This document shows positions 52,938 to 64,000 of a DNA stretch of 64,000 bases, piece after piece. The notes beneath the pieces were generated by a model. It was given only the letters and a program-made list of their open reading frames with translations, was not told where the DNA came from and ran no database searches. The DNA comes from Eledone cirrhosa (lineage: Eukaryota): NCBI GenBank assembly GCA_964016885.1, contig OZ024757.1, forward strand, positions 7,874,001 through 7,938,000, in the 5' to 3' direction. Within the stretch, counting starts at the first letter, position 1; every line of letters begins with the position of its first letter. The position numbers and the translations under genes were made by a program.

Positions 52938-55227
52938 CACACAATTTTCTCTCCCCGACATCAGTCTTACACTGTCATATCTATTCTTACTTTACAATTG
53001 TGTCTACTAAGAGTTCCATTACAAGGACTCCAATCGAGCCAGTGACTGGGAGCGGTTGTTCTATTTCGCCCCATTCGCCCTCGGCCTCCCCAGCTCTGGC
53101 GCAGACCGGTTAACAGCAGCCTTCGTCAAGGCCAAATTCTCGTCATTTGGGCGAGCACCCATTCCAAGCGTGCCCAGGGACGCCACACACCCCAACCTCA
53201 GCTACCCCTCTCCTCCACCCCCCGAGGCCAGCGCCAAGCGTTTGCGTGACTAGGTAAACGCAAAGCTTATCATGGGTGATGTCTCAGAGTTGTTGACTCA
53301 GAGGGCACTGTCCTCGAACCCACCGAGGAAGTCCTGGCTGCTCTGCGGCTCAAACACCCTGAGCCACCCACTGATCTCAGACCCATACCCCCACCCGACC
53401 CCCACTTGCTCCTTGTGGCTACTGATGCAGATATCATGCTCGCCATCAGGTCCTTCCCAGCTAGCAGCTGCGGAGGTGTTGATGGTCTCCGACCAGGCCA
53501 CCTCAGGGAGTTGACATCCCCCTCTCTGCTGAGGCCGGGCGCCGCCTTCTGAATGCAATTGTGACGCTCACCAAAAGGCTCATTCATGGTGCTCTCGACC
53601 CTTACACCCGAGGCCTTTTTTTTTTCAGCCAGACTCACCGCTCTCAGGAAGAAAGAGAGTGGCATACGCCCCATTGCTGTGGGCAATGTCTTCCGGAGGC
53701 TGGCTGCCAAGGTGATCTGCAAGTCCGTCACACTCGAACTGGGTGAGGAGTTTATTCCGGTGCAACTGGGTGTCGGCGTGTCCGGTGGCTGCGAGGGAGA
53801 CTCTCATGCAATCAGGCAGTTCTTCAGCAGCTGCCCATCGGTACCGACATCCAGGGACTCCAGGCACCTCATTGTCAAGCTTGACATGAGGAATGCCTTC
53901 AACTCTTTACGCTGGGATCATCTGCTGGAGGCCTGCCTCAGCCGAGCACCCTCTGTCTAGCCGCTGGCCTACCTGTCATATGGAGCCCCGAGCATGCTCC
54001 TAGCTGCTGATACGGTCATACTCTCGGCTACTGGGGGTCCAACAGGGCGACCCTTTGGGACCCCTCCTGTTCGCCCTTGGTATTGACCACATCGCCCGGA
54101 GTATCACGGCCCCTCTCAACGTTTGGTATCTGGATGATGCTACGTTGGGCGGGCCCGTACGGACGGTCTGCCATGACCTTCAATTGGTGATTCCTTCCCT
54201 GGCGGGAATCGGCCTCCAGGTCAACTCGGCCAAGTCGGAGGTGGTGAACGTCAGCCTCGATGCTGGGAGCTTTGCAGCCTCCGTCTTGAACGTGCGATCC
54301 ATTCTCCGCCAGGTTCAGGTGACCCCCCAAAGAGGATGTCCTCATCCTCGGGTCACCGATCCACCCGCCGGCCATCCGCTCCACCATCAGGTCCAGGCTT
54401 CAAAAGTTCCAGACTCTCACGAGCCAACTGGGTTGATTGACGGCCACCCAGCTCTCTTTCTGCTGAGGAACTTCTTCGCCATGCCGAAGCCCCTCTATAC
54501 ACTCCGCAGCACTCCATGATACACCCAGACATCTCTCCTCGCTGACCTCGATACTTGTATGCGAGCAGCAGCCGAGGGGATATGCACCGTCAAGTTTGAC
54601 GACATAGGGTGGCAACAGGCCACTTTGCCGCTCAGGTATGGCGGCCTTCGTCTCCAGTCCCCGATCTCACTAGCTTTGCCGGCGTATCTTTCGTCGGTAA
54701 CCTCGTGCCGCGTCCTCGTCAGCAGAGTTCTTCAAAACACAACAGAACCCTCTGTGTTCAGAGAACGTGTGGCCGCCTGTGAGAGGGGGACCGGCTGGGA
54801 CTTAGCCCAGTAGACTTCGCTCCTCCTTCCTCTCCTGTTGACGTCCAGTCCCCCCAATGCACGTGGGATGCCATCCAGTGCAGCCTGGCCTCAGACAGGC
54901 TCACGCGCCAGCTCGACCAGCACCGCCTTGCTTGTTTTCGTGCGGCCTCCAAACGCACAGTGGTGCCTGGCTCCATGTTCTTCCTTCCTTCTCCACTGGC
55001 ACGCAGCTAGACAACCATAGCCTGCGTTTCCCTGAGGCTCGGCCTCAGGATCTGCCAGCCACACCAATGTCGCTGCGGTTCCACCGTGAACTCTTTCGGC
55101 CTCCACCCGCTTTCCAGTCGCCACAGTGCCGGCCGCATTCCACGCCATACTGCCCTCAACGAGGTTATTAAGCATGGCTTGGACGCTGCAGGCTTCCCTT
55201 CCCAGCTCGAGGGGACGGCAAAAGGCC

Positions 55228-55647
55228 TGTAGCGGTTGTCTCCCTTGTTTTGATTAGGATCTAGACGGGAAGTGGAACCCTTTCTGCAACTTCCGGTCGG
55301 AGCCCTATAAAACTAACAACTTTGAGCTTCCTCTCTCTCTTTGCCTTTTCGGCACCAGGTCGAAGAGCCTCTCATTTGGCTCTGCCATTAATTTGGCCAA
55401 CAGGCGCCTGGCCTTAGCCAGGCGCCCTCTGCCAGCCGCGTTTGCCTGGCAATCAAAACGGTAACTACTAACTTTGTTTCATTCTAACATCTATCTTTGA
55501 CATGTCAAGTATTCTATCTACCGTTAATTAAATATTATATACACAAACAATGTCTCGTTTTGTTACATTCATGCAACCCAGTATCCTCGCTATATTGGTG
55601 ACCCTGACGTGATACGAACACGCAGCCGTTCATCGCTATAAGTGGTC

Positions 55648-55678
<31 letters not shown>

Positions 55679-57338
55679 GAAAAAAATAGCACATCTGGTT
55701 TTGTGAGTAACATTACGAATACACAGCAAATTTAGCGACAAACTATGAAACTACTCAAGGACACGCACACACGCACATGTGGAATTCGCACAGACATACT
55801 TTTTCTCTCACGCATCAATTAACTGTCGCATTTCACCAATATATATATATATATGTTTCTCGTTTCTTACAACGAACACTTTCAAAACAAAAAAAACATT
55901 TCACGATATATATATATGTTTCTCGTTTCTTACAACGAACTCTTTCAAAACACACACAAAAAAAAAAGAAATTTGATATTCTTTAAAAAACATTTCAACA
56001 GGAACATTTATTTTCGATGAACCATTGCCTTTTGTTCTTCGTTTTCTTCATCGTTCAAGTTTTTTTTTTTTTTTTTTTCTCCAAAAGTTCACACCTATAA
56101 TTATGCTGATTGAAGCCTTTCTTTTTCATCATTGTCACTTTCAAAATTGCACTATCATTTTCTCGCGCGTTAGAAATATTTTTTTTCAACCTTGTATTGG
56201 CACGTGTAGGCAGCATAAATTCTCGATTCACTGAGATGTCTCTTACTCACAGACAGCCGCACGCCAGAGATAGCATTTCTCCCCCAAGGATTCTTCAGCC
56301 TTAAGCTATATTCTTCTATTTGCCGGTTTATAAATTTACAATGTAAATTTACCGTTGATAACCGCGCATTTATTAAGAATGCTTATTTCTCTGGTCGCTG
56401 GCCTCTTGACCCTTCCAGGTCAACGCATTCTCAACATCGACCATCAACTTCGGCTGCTATTTCTAGCACTTTGCGCAACTCATTTTTTTCTAAAAAAAAA
56501 TTTTTTTACTGTGAATTTAAACACCGAATACGCTCACTCAGCGAGACAACAGCAACAGCAATACATCAACACAGCTTCACCAAAGCCAGAGAATTTATTT
56601 TTGCAGCACTCTTCCTGTGAGAAAATCCATTCGGAGGTTGGAAATTTCACGATATACCACAGAACAGAAACCACCTGCATTCATTCTCTGGAACACTTTC
56701 TTTCCTGCTGTCATGTGATTGCACACCTGTGAACTATATTTTGAACTTTGAGCTCTTCTATTACTTTTACTTTATTACATTGTATCTTTGGTTGATGGAA
56801 AGATGGATGTCCAGTCGTTCTCTGGCCAAGAGCGGTTGGCTACCTTGATATCTATCATTGATTTTTCCAAACATTCTTTTGTCGTAATTTTCATGCCTGT
56901 TACAAAATTCTCGCCAACTTGCTACATATTTTCATTTCGATTTTTATACACTAAAATTCTGGCGGGAGGTTATGTAGCGGTTGTCTCCCTTGTTTTGATT
57001 AGGATCTAGACGGGAAGTGGAACCCTTTCTGCAACTTCCGGTCGGAGCCCTATAAAACTAACAACTTTGAGCTTCCTCTCTCTCTTTGCCTTTTCGGCAC
57101 CAGGTCGAAGAGCCTCTCATTTGGCTCTGCCATTAATTTGGCCAACAGGCGCCTGGCCTTAGACAGGCGCCCTCTGCCAGCCGCGTTTGCCTGGCAATCA
57201 AAACGGTAACTACTAACTTTGTTTCATTCTAACATCTATCTTTGACATGTCAAGTATTCTATCTACCGTTAATTAAATATTATATACACAAACAATGTCT
57301 CGTTTTGTTACATTCATACAACCAGTATTCTCGCTATA
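55228..57338 (+). mobile_element. non-autonomous LTR retrotransposon (TRIM/LARD-like): LTRs 55228-55594 and 56973-57338, TSD GGCC
   Basis: Two ~367 bp near-identical direct repeats TGTAGCG...CGCTATA, PBS, purine-rich tract GGCGGGAGG before the 3' LTR, and no gag/pol motifs seen. Confidence 0.92.
55596..55613 (+). other. primer-binding site complementary to the tRNA-Trp 3' end
   Basis: TGGTGACCCTGACGTGAT differs by one base from the tRNA-Trp PBS TGGTGACCCCGACGTGAT (recalled from avian retroviruses). Confidence 0.85.
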
Positions 57339-58189
57339 GGCCAGATGGCATGACCATCTTCCCGTTCCGCGGTGGCAAACCCCTCGTCTGGGATGCCACT
57401 TGCACCGACACTTTCTGCAGCCGCAACCTGGTGCAGTCTGCGACTGGCCCAGGTTCTGCTGCATGTCGGGCTGAGGGGGCCAAACTCCTCAAATACCGGT
57501 CGCTCTCCGACAGGTTTGCGGTCGTACCCCTGGAAGTGGAAACTTCTGGTGTCCTCGGCTCCAGGGCTACCTCCTTACTCACCACCATAGGCGCTGAGCT
57601 GGCCAGCCGTAGGTGTGAGCCCCACGAGTTGGAGTGGCTTTTCCAGCGCGTCTCCCGGGGAAATGCCTTCTCCATTCTGTCCGCCGGGGCTGTGGGTGGG
57701 CCCTATCACGTACCAATACATTAGTTAAATACAATTCTTTCATCTGATACAACACAATAAAACCGCTACAATATTTAAAAATAAAAAAAAAGTTTATTCA
57801 AATGGAATTAAGTGTAATTTAACAGGAAATAAGACGCTAGAGCAGCAAATGTTTACATAAAATAAAAGAACAACAAACAAGATGGCGACACGACAGGGAA
57901 ATTTTTTTTTTCTCAATATAAGCTTTATTTTCAGCGCGATTTGCCTTGCTGCCCGGGTTGTCCAGTCAGTAGCAGCCCCGTACGAACCTCAGGGGCTTAC
58001 GACTTTACAAGGTTCGAATCTCACCCTCTCCGGCTCTTCTCGAGTTATCTCCTACTCTTTTTACTTAGTTCCAGGTGACTGAAAAAGAGCAAAGAGGGCG
58101 TGGCGATCGGCTTTGCGGAGGAGTGGTGAGAGACTACGATATAAGGAAGGAGCAAAAAAAAAGAGAGATAGACAGATAAATGCGAGTCA

Positions 58190-58955
58190 CACTCTCCCCC
58201 TCTCTTTACATTTTTATGTCTATCTATCTCGTCCTTCTCCCCCTCTCTTTAAATCCTTTACTCTATCTTCCGCGTATTTCTCACCCTCTCTTTACATCTA
58301 TTACTCTATCTACCCCTTAGTTCTGGCCCTCTCTTTACATTTATAACTCTTTCTCCCTCTTATTTCTCCCCCTCTCTTAACATCTATTACTCTTATTCTC
58401 TCCCTCTTTTTATATCTATAACTCTTTCTCCCTCTTATTTCTCCCCCTCTCTTAACATCTATTACTCTTATTCTCTCTTATATCTCTCCCTCTTTTTACA
58501 TCGATAACTCTTTCTCCCTCTTATTTCTCCCTCTCTCTTAACATCTATTACTCTTATTCTCTCTTATTTCTCTCCCTCTTTTTATATCTATTACTCTATC
58601 TACCTGTTAGTTCTCCCCCTCTCTTTACATCTATAACTCTTTCTCCCTCTTATTTCTCCCCCTCTCTTTACATCTATTACTCTATCAACCTCTTAGTTCC
58701 CACCCTCTCTTTACTTCTATTACTCTATCAACCTCTTAGTTCTCCTCCTCTATTTACATCTATAACTCTTTCTCCCTCTTATTTCTCCCCCTCTCTTTAC
58801 ATCTATTACTCTATCAACCTCTTAGTTCTCACCCTCTCTTTACATCTATTACTCTATCAACCTCTTAGTTCTCCCCCTCTCTTTACATCTATTACTCTAT
58901 CAACCTCTTAGTTCTCCCCCTCTCTTTACATCTATTACTCTATCCTCCTCTTATG
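58190..58955 (+). repeat. pyrimidine-rich ~39-42 bp tandem repeat
   Basis: Variants of CTCTCTTTACATCTATTACTCTATCAACCTCTTAGTTCTCCC. Confidence 0.9.
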
Positions 58956-59201
58956 AGAGTACAAAATTACTTCCTTTAAATTTTTTTATTTTCAAAATCT
59001 TACATTTATTAGATTTTCAGAATTTCAACATAATCTTTACAATAGGATTAAAAAAATATATATATTAAACACTGGTAAAAAAGAAAACATTCTACGTTGG
59101 AGACTATGTTAGTGCAAGACAGGGCGGTCCACCTGTATTGAGGACCGTAATATTTTATTTTACTAATTTTTCGATGTTAATTTATAATTTATAATTTAAT
59201 T

Positions 59202-59662
59202 GGCACTACCATGCTATTAGCTGTCACAAGTTTCGTCAACCTTCTCAATAGTAAACATCCATTATTTCTGTATTACCACGGGTTATTTTAATAAAGCATA
59301 TCGATGTAAGTGGTGTTACTTAAATGAAAATATAGGTGGTCCTTAAAAGGGGACAAATTAGAAAAGAAATTTAAGTTTATAAACAAATATATGGTTATCA
59401 AATTTGTTTCACCAACCCTATACATGAAATTGATAACCATGACTATGAAAATATAAATGATTAAATCCAATTTATTTGATAACCATGACTTATTTTCTAA
59501 TCTTGCCCTTTTAAGGGCCACCTATATTTTCATTTAGTTAACAACTCCACTGACATCGATATGCTTTATTAAAATAAAGCGTGGTAATACGGAAATAAAG
59601 GATGTTTACGATTGAGAGGTTGACGGAACTTTCACTTGTGACAGCTAATAGCATGTAGTGCC
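59202..59662. mobile_element. MITE/foldback element with ~165 bp imperfect TIRs starting GGCACTAC
   Basis: 59202-59370 is inverted at 59490-59662; no TSD seen. Confidence 0.7.
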
Positions 59663-59942
59663 GAAAGTTAATATTCTGTAGATAACATAGAGTGAGCTAC
59701 ATGTTCCAGGGTAGGTGTTACATCTCCTACATGCTACAGCGTAACTAGAGGGGGGGACCCCCCCTGGCTTTCCTCTCGGTCTAGGTGGGCCCCCTAGGCT
59801 ATAATTCTAAACACATAACTTATTACACATGTAATTACGAATCCTTAACTACAACAACCTAAAGAAAACCCTTAATCTCTAATAAGACTAGAAGTTAAGA
59901 CCAATTTCTTGTTTATTTAAAGAATATAATATTTCGGATAAA

Positions 59943-60188
59943 ATGGCAACTGCATCTAAAAAATGTGTGGAGAATATTCAGTCGAATAAAAGCGTTACAT
60001 TTTTTTTATTTGCTTTCTCCACATCTTATTTAGTTGAGTCAGGTTTCAGTCGGGTTATGCATCTGCTTTCAAAAAGTGGAAATGGCCTTGATATAGAAAG
60101 AAGAGCTGGTTTACGACTCTCTCTAACGGCTTTGACACCAAACGTTGACAAATTAGTAGCCTTGCCTCAATCACAGGGATCTCATTAA
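59943..60188 (+). pseudogene. C-terminal fragment of a Buster/Charlie-type hAT transposase
   Basis: FSTSYLVESGFS...LRLSLT..PNVDKL..QGSH. Confidence 0.75.
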
Positions 60189-60660
60189 AAACCGATTGTT
60201 ATATTCTTTGATTTGTAAATATATATAAATGATTTGATATCTAAATTCTATATTATTCTTTTTGTTTGAAATGTTGTAATACATGCTTATGTTATTCTCG
60301 ATACTCAGTTTTTTAACCTAATATTTAATTAAAAGTATAATTATGCATGAGTATATACACACAAATATATATTTAGTTGGAATAAAATATTCGTTCTCAT
60401 CATGAACTTTCTAAAGTTGTAACTTGATATCTGACATCTGCTGTCCTTAAATATTCTGTCCAGAACTTTGACCTAATTGTCTTCCTCTATTGTAACACCC
60501 CTCCTCATCCTCTAACTGCTTTCCATTGAATTTCATCTTTTATCTCCTTTTCAGCCGATGGATTTTGTTGATTTAGAAACCAGCCAATGAATACCATCGG
60601 TCAATGTTCCTTTATATTTTGATATGTTTTTTATTCTTGTAATAAAATTAGTTTTCATTC

Positions 60661-60794
60661 AACACTGACGATAGAGGGCGGATGGAGGTATGTTGTATTT
60701 TCTTTGTATAATTTGTAAAATATAAAATATATATATATATATCTTAATGAAAATACACATGCCAATATCTGATCCCTTGAAACGATCGTCTGTT
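60661..60794 (+). ncRNA. type I hammerhead ribozyme motif with long stem II
   Basis: AACA-CTGACGA(60665-60671)-~107 nt hairpin-GAAA(60779-60782)-CGATCG-TC-TGTT, with a GTC triplet. Confidence 0.68.
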
Positions 60795-61138
60795 AAAGTG
60801 TAAATCAATATTAATAGGAAGAACATGTTCTTTGTTTAATTTTTCATTGTTTTTCAATGTCTTATTTTGACTCTGTCTTCCAATTGTTTTACATTATTAA
60901 TTAACTACATGTATTTTTTATGATTTTTCCACATTTGGATTACATTGAGTTCTCTATACGGATTCGACACTACCGTTTACTCCGGTAGATTAATCTGTTA
61001 TATATATATATTTCCTGGACTTTTGCTCTATGTTTTGTTTTTCGTCGATTATTTGACGTGTTTTACATTCTTCGGTGTTGAATATCAAATCAAGCGAATT
61101 GCATTATTCCAACTGTGTCAATATAGTGCTCATTAAGA

Positions 61139-63853
61139 ATGTTGCCTAAAAAAAATTACAAAACTGGAGCAACAAAGAGGAAAGAAGCTAGACAAGCTGC
61201 CAGGGAAGAATCTGCCAAGAAATGTCATCTAATCACAAGTTTTCTGAAAAGTCAACAGTCTTCGTCAACAAGTAGTGACGCATCCCAAACCAATGTAACT
61301 GCCGGAATTTCCGGCGAGTCGGTCTGGTCAGATGAACTGGAGAAACAGAAAAGCACTGGAGAGTCGCGAGAACCTGACGTCGAAGATGCCTCAGGTCCAT
61401 CGACTATCTCAACAACCGTCGTAGTGACTGAAGATATAGTTCCAAATGGGGATCCAAACTCAATAGAGGAAAAAATGGCTGTATCGGAATCTGAAAATGA
61501 AAATGATTCAGAGGAAACTACATCGGCAAAACAAATCCCAGAGCATGAGCCAGTAGAGTGCATGTTGAATTTACAAGAGAAGTATCCAAGCGACCCGAAA
61601 CATTTCGAAGACAGACCATTGACGACACCTCTAATTCGTGCCCTCATGGCCGTTGGTCCTTGTCAGCCAGGATTGAAAGATCATTTTGCTGATTTCCCTC
61701 TCGACTCGAACCACAGAAAATTCAACATCAGTTGGTACAAGAGAAAGTGTGCTGGAATCCATGAAGTTGACCGACACTGGTTAGTATACTCTCCTGAATC
61801 CAACAGACTATATTGCTTTTGTTGTTGGCTGTTTGCTGATAAAAATGCCGAATCTTACTCGAAGACTTGGGGTAATCCAGAGTGTGGGATGGCAAACTTC
61901 AAAAAGGGAATCGAAAAAATTGCCAATCATGAGAAAAGTACCATTCACATCAATGCACAAAAGCAATACTTCATGACAAAATATCGTTTGGACGCAAATA
62001 AAACGGTGATCAATAACCTCATCCATGAAGAGAAGAAGCGAATTGAACGAAATCGCCAGATATTGGGGCGATTGCTTGATTGTACGTTATTTCTCGCAAA
62101 ACAAGGCTTGGCCTTCAGAGGTCACAGGGAATATGCTGGACTTGGCGCCAAATCAGAAAATGAAGGAAACTTTATTGAATTGTTGAAATTGATAGCCAAG
62201 TATGATACAATCTTGGAAAGCCATTTCTTCTCGCCTGGGCGCACTAAAAGACAACCTATGTACTTAAGTCCAAAATTACAAAACGAATTCATAGAATGCC
62301 TGGCGAACGAATGTACTCAACAAATAATCACGGAAGTGAAAGAGGCAAAATACTATTCAGTCATTGTCGATTCCACAATAGAGATTTCGCATCAGGATCA
62401 ATGCTCTGTGTCACTGCGATATGTATCGAAAAGTGTCCACGCACAGGAGCGTTTCCTGTCGTTTTGTGAACTAAAATCAGCAGCCGCTGAATCATTTTTC
62501 GATACGCTTGTGAAAGTTCTTTTCCAGGATCTTTCCTTGGATGCTCAATATATTAGAGGACAAGCTTACGACGGAGCGTCGAATATGTCCGGCCATATTT
62601 CTGGGCTTCAGGCTAGAGTTAAAGAGGGATGCTCTTCGAAAGCTGTTTACGTCCATTGTTGTGCTCATAACCTGAACCTGGTGTTAATCGATGCTAGCCA
62701 ATCGTCAATGGATGGTAAATTATTTTTTGGTACATTGGAGAGCCTGTATGTTTTCTTAACATCAAGCTTGCCAAGGCTGAAAATCCTCGAAGAAGAACAA
62801 GAAAAACTATTGACTTCAACGGTATTAACATTAAAAAGACTCTCAGATACCCGCTGGTTTAGTCACATTCAGGCTGTAGAGGCTACCATTAACAACTTAC
62901 CGGCAGTAATGAGTGCACTAGAGAGGATAGTAAGTGGGGATGTTCGCAACACTTCTCCGAAAGTATTAGCTGAGGCCAGAGGTTTGCTACTAAATGTGAG
63001 CAAGTTTGAATTCATTTTCATGTTGAAGTTTTTTCAGAATTTACTTAAAAAGCTGCATTCTGTTTCACAATATTTGCAGAAGGAGGCTATCGACTTATAT
63101 TCCGCGGACGTCATGATTAAAAATGTAGTAAAAGAAATTGAAGAAATCCGCTCAAATGAATATTTTGACCGAACATTATCAGACACTAAAAATCTCGCCG
63201 AGCAATGTCAAGTTGAACCAGAGTTTACAACAGAAAAACGGAAAAGAAAAAAGAAGCGTTTTCATGACGAAAATGCCAGTGACGAACCTCATGAGACGAT
63301 GAGTCAGCATTTTAAACGGGACGTTTATTTCACTATCCTAGATAGAATCATTAGTAGCTTTAACGAAAGTTTTGCCGACTTGCACGGTCTAGTGAAGGAT
63401 TTTTCGTGCTTGATATCGGCGCACTTCGACGACACATGCAATAAAGAGAGAATCGATAATCTTGCGAAATTCTACGAGGGTGACATCGAAAATGACACTA
63501 TCTTCGATGAATATTTATCATTCAAAGATTTTTACAAGGAAGTGTGTTTAGATAAATCCATATCGAGTTCTGAGATCGTTCCGTTTATGATTTCTAATGA
63601 CTTAGATAGAGCCTATCGGAACGTGTTTGCCTTATACAAAATGTTCATAACTATTCCGGTTAGCTCGGCGCAGGCTGAGCGAACCTTCAGCAGGCTCAAA
63701 CTGATAAAGAATTATTTGCGTAGTACCATGAGTGAAGAGCGGTTGAATGCTCTGGCAATGATGTACATAGAGCGAGAACTGGCTGAAAAAATTGACTTCA
63801 GCATCGTGATTGAAAAATTTTCTAAAGTAAAACATCGCAAATTAGAACTGTAG
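61139..63853 (+). CDS. intact hAT transposase (ZMYM1-like: TTF-type Zn finger, DUF4371, hATC dimerisation domain), 904 aa
   Basis: WLVYS..YCFCCWLF, LAFRGH, IVDST (D), YDGA (D), HCCAH, TRW, SSAQAERTFS (E), and a KRKRKKKR NLS. No stops or introns. Confidence 0.93.
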   Translation: MLPKKNYKTGATKRKEARQAAREESAKKCHLITSFLKSQQSSSTSSDASQTNVTAGISGESVWSDELEKQKSTGESREPDVEDASGPSTISTTVVVTEDIVPNGDPNSIEEKMAVSESENENDSEETTSAKQIPEHEPVECMLNLQEKYPSDPKHFEDRPLTTPLIRALMAVGPCQPGLKDHFADFPLDSNHRKFNISWYKRKCAGIHEVDRHWLVYSPESNRLYCFCCWLFADKNAESYSKTWGNPECGMANFKKGIEKIANHEKSTIHINAQKQYFMTKYRLDANKTVINNLIHEEKKRIERNRQILGRLLDCTLFLAKQGLAFRGHREYAGLGAKSENEGNFIELLKLIAKYDTILESHFFSPGRTKRQPMYLSPKLQNEFIECLANECTQQIITEVKEAKYYSVIVDSTIEISHQDQCSVSLRYVSKSVHAQERFLSFCELKSAAAESFFDTLVKVLFQDLSLDAQYIRGQAYDGASNMSGHISGLQARVKEGCSSKAVYVHCCAHNLNLVLIDASQSSMDGKLFFGTLESLYVFLTSSLPRLKILEEEQEKLLTSTVLTLKRLSDTRWFSHIQAVEATINNLPAVMSALERIVSGDVRNTSPKVLAEARGLLLNVSKFEFIFMLKFFQNLLKKLHSVSQYLQKEAIDLYSADVMIKNVVKEIEEIRSNEYFDRTLSDTKNLAEQCQVEPEFTTEKRKRKKKRFHDENASDEPHETMSQHFKRDVYFTILDRIISSFNESFADLHGLVKDFSCLISAHFDDTCNKERIDNLAKFYEGDIENDTIFDEYLSFKDFYKEVCLDKSISSSEIVPFMISNDLDRAYRNVFALYKMFITIPVSSAQAERTFSRLKLIKNYLRSTMSEERLNALAMMYIERELAEKIDFSIVIEKFSKVKHRKLEL

Positions 63854-64000
63854 AACAAGTGATGTGCTCGAATGTGAAAGTAAAGTTTTAGATGGACGAT
63901 TTGTTGCACATACGAATTTTTGTTTGTGAATAATCGATTGCAAGACTAGTTTTACTGGATATTGTTTTGTTTTTTTCTGAAGATAGACCACCATCTTTGC

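Larger units (their letters stand above)
53025..57790 (+). mobile_element. CRE-clade RLE non-LTR retrotransposon, degraded and split by an LTR element
   Basis: RT motifs RPIAVGNVFRRL, LDMRNAFNS, QQGDPLGP and WYLDD; zinc-knuckle remnant CRCG..H..RH; endonuclease DGKRP|DGMTIFPF..LVWDAT..VETSG; AATAAA and A-rich end. Confidence 0.88.

Noticed and set aside
56355-56732. gag remnant in the LTR element interior
   Set aside because: No recognisable gag, zinc-knuckle or protease motif.
57951-58034. tRNA-Sec/Ser gene
   Set aside because: The ends loosely resemble a tRNA, but D and anticodon arms cannot be formed.

Overview
AT-rich, repeat-dominated eukaryotic DNA with strong coleoid cephalopod (octopus-like) hallmarks: a tandem C2H2 zinc-finger gene with HCDICGKSF fingers, many RTE LINE fragments with (GAT)n tails, tRNA-derived SINEs and (TA)n tracts. 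The left half is three related blocks of a ~71-72 bp satellite (plus 34 bp and 53 bp minisatellites), arranged as direct and inverted segmental duplications with copy-specific insertions. The right half holds the 13-finger ZNF gene, a Penelope-like GIY-YIG remnant, a DD37D Tc1/mariner remnant, hAT elements (one MITE with TSD and one apparently intact 904-aa transposase) and a degraded CRE-clade non-LTR element. That CRE element is interrupted, exactly in its endonuclease R-P-D codons, by a non-coding LTR element with a tRNA-Trp PBS. The most notable unannotated signal is a set of type I hammerhead ribozyme folds, read by eye: four with canonical cores and one pair with a variant core, most of them in fold-back inverted duplications. 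All assignments are from motif reading without database searches, and boundaries of degraded repeats are approximate.
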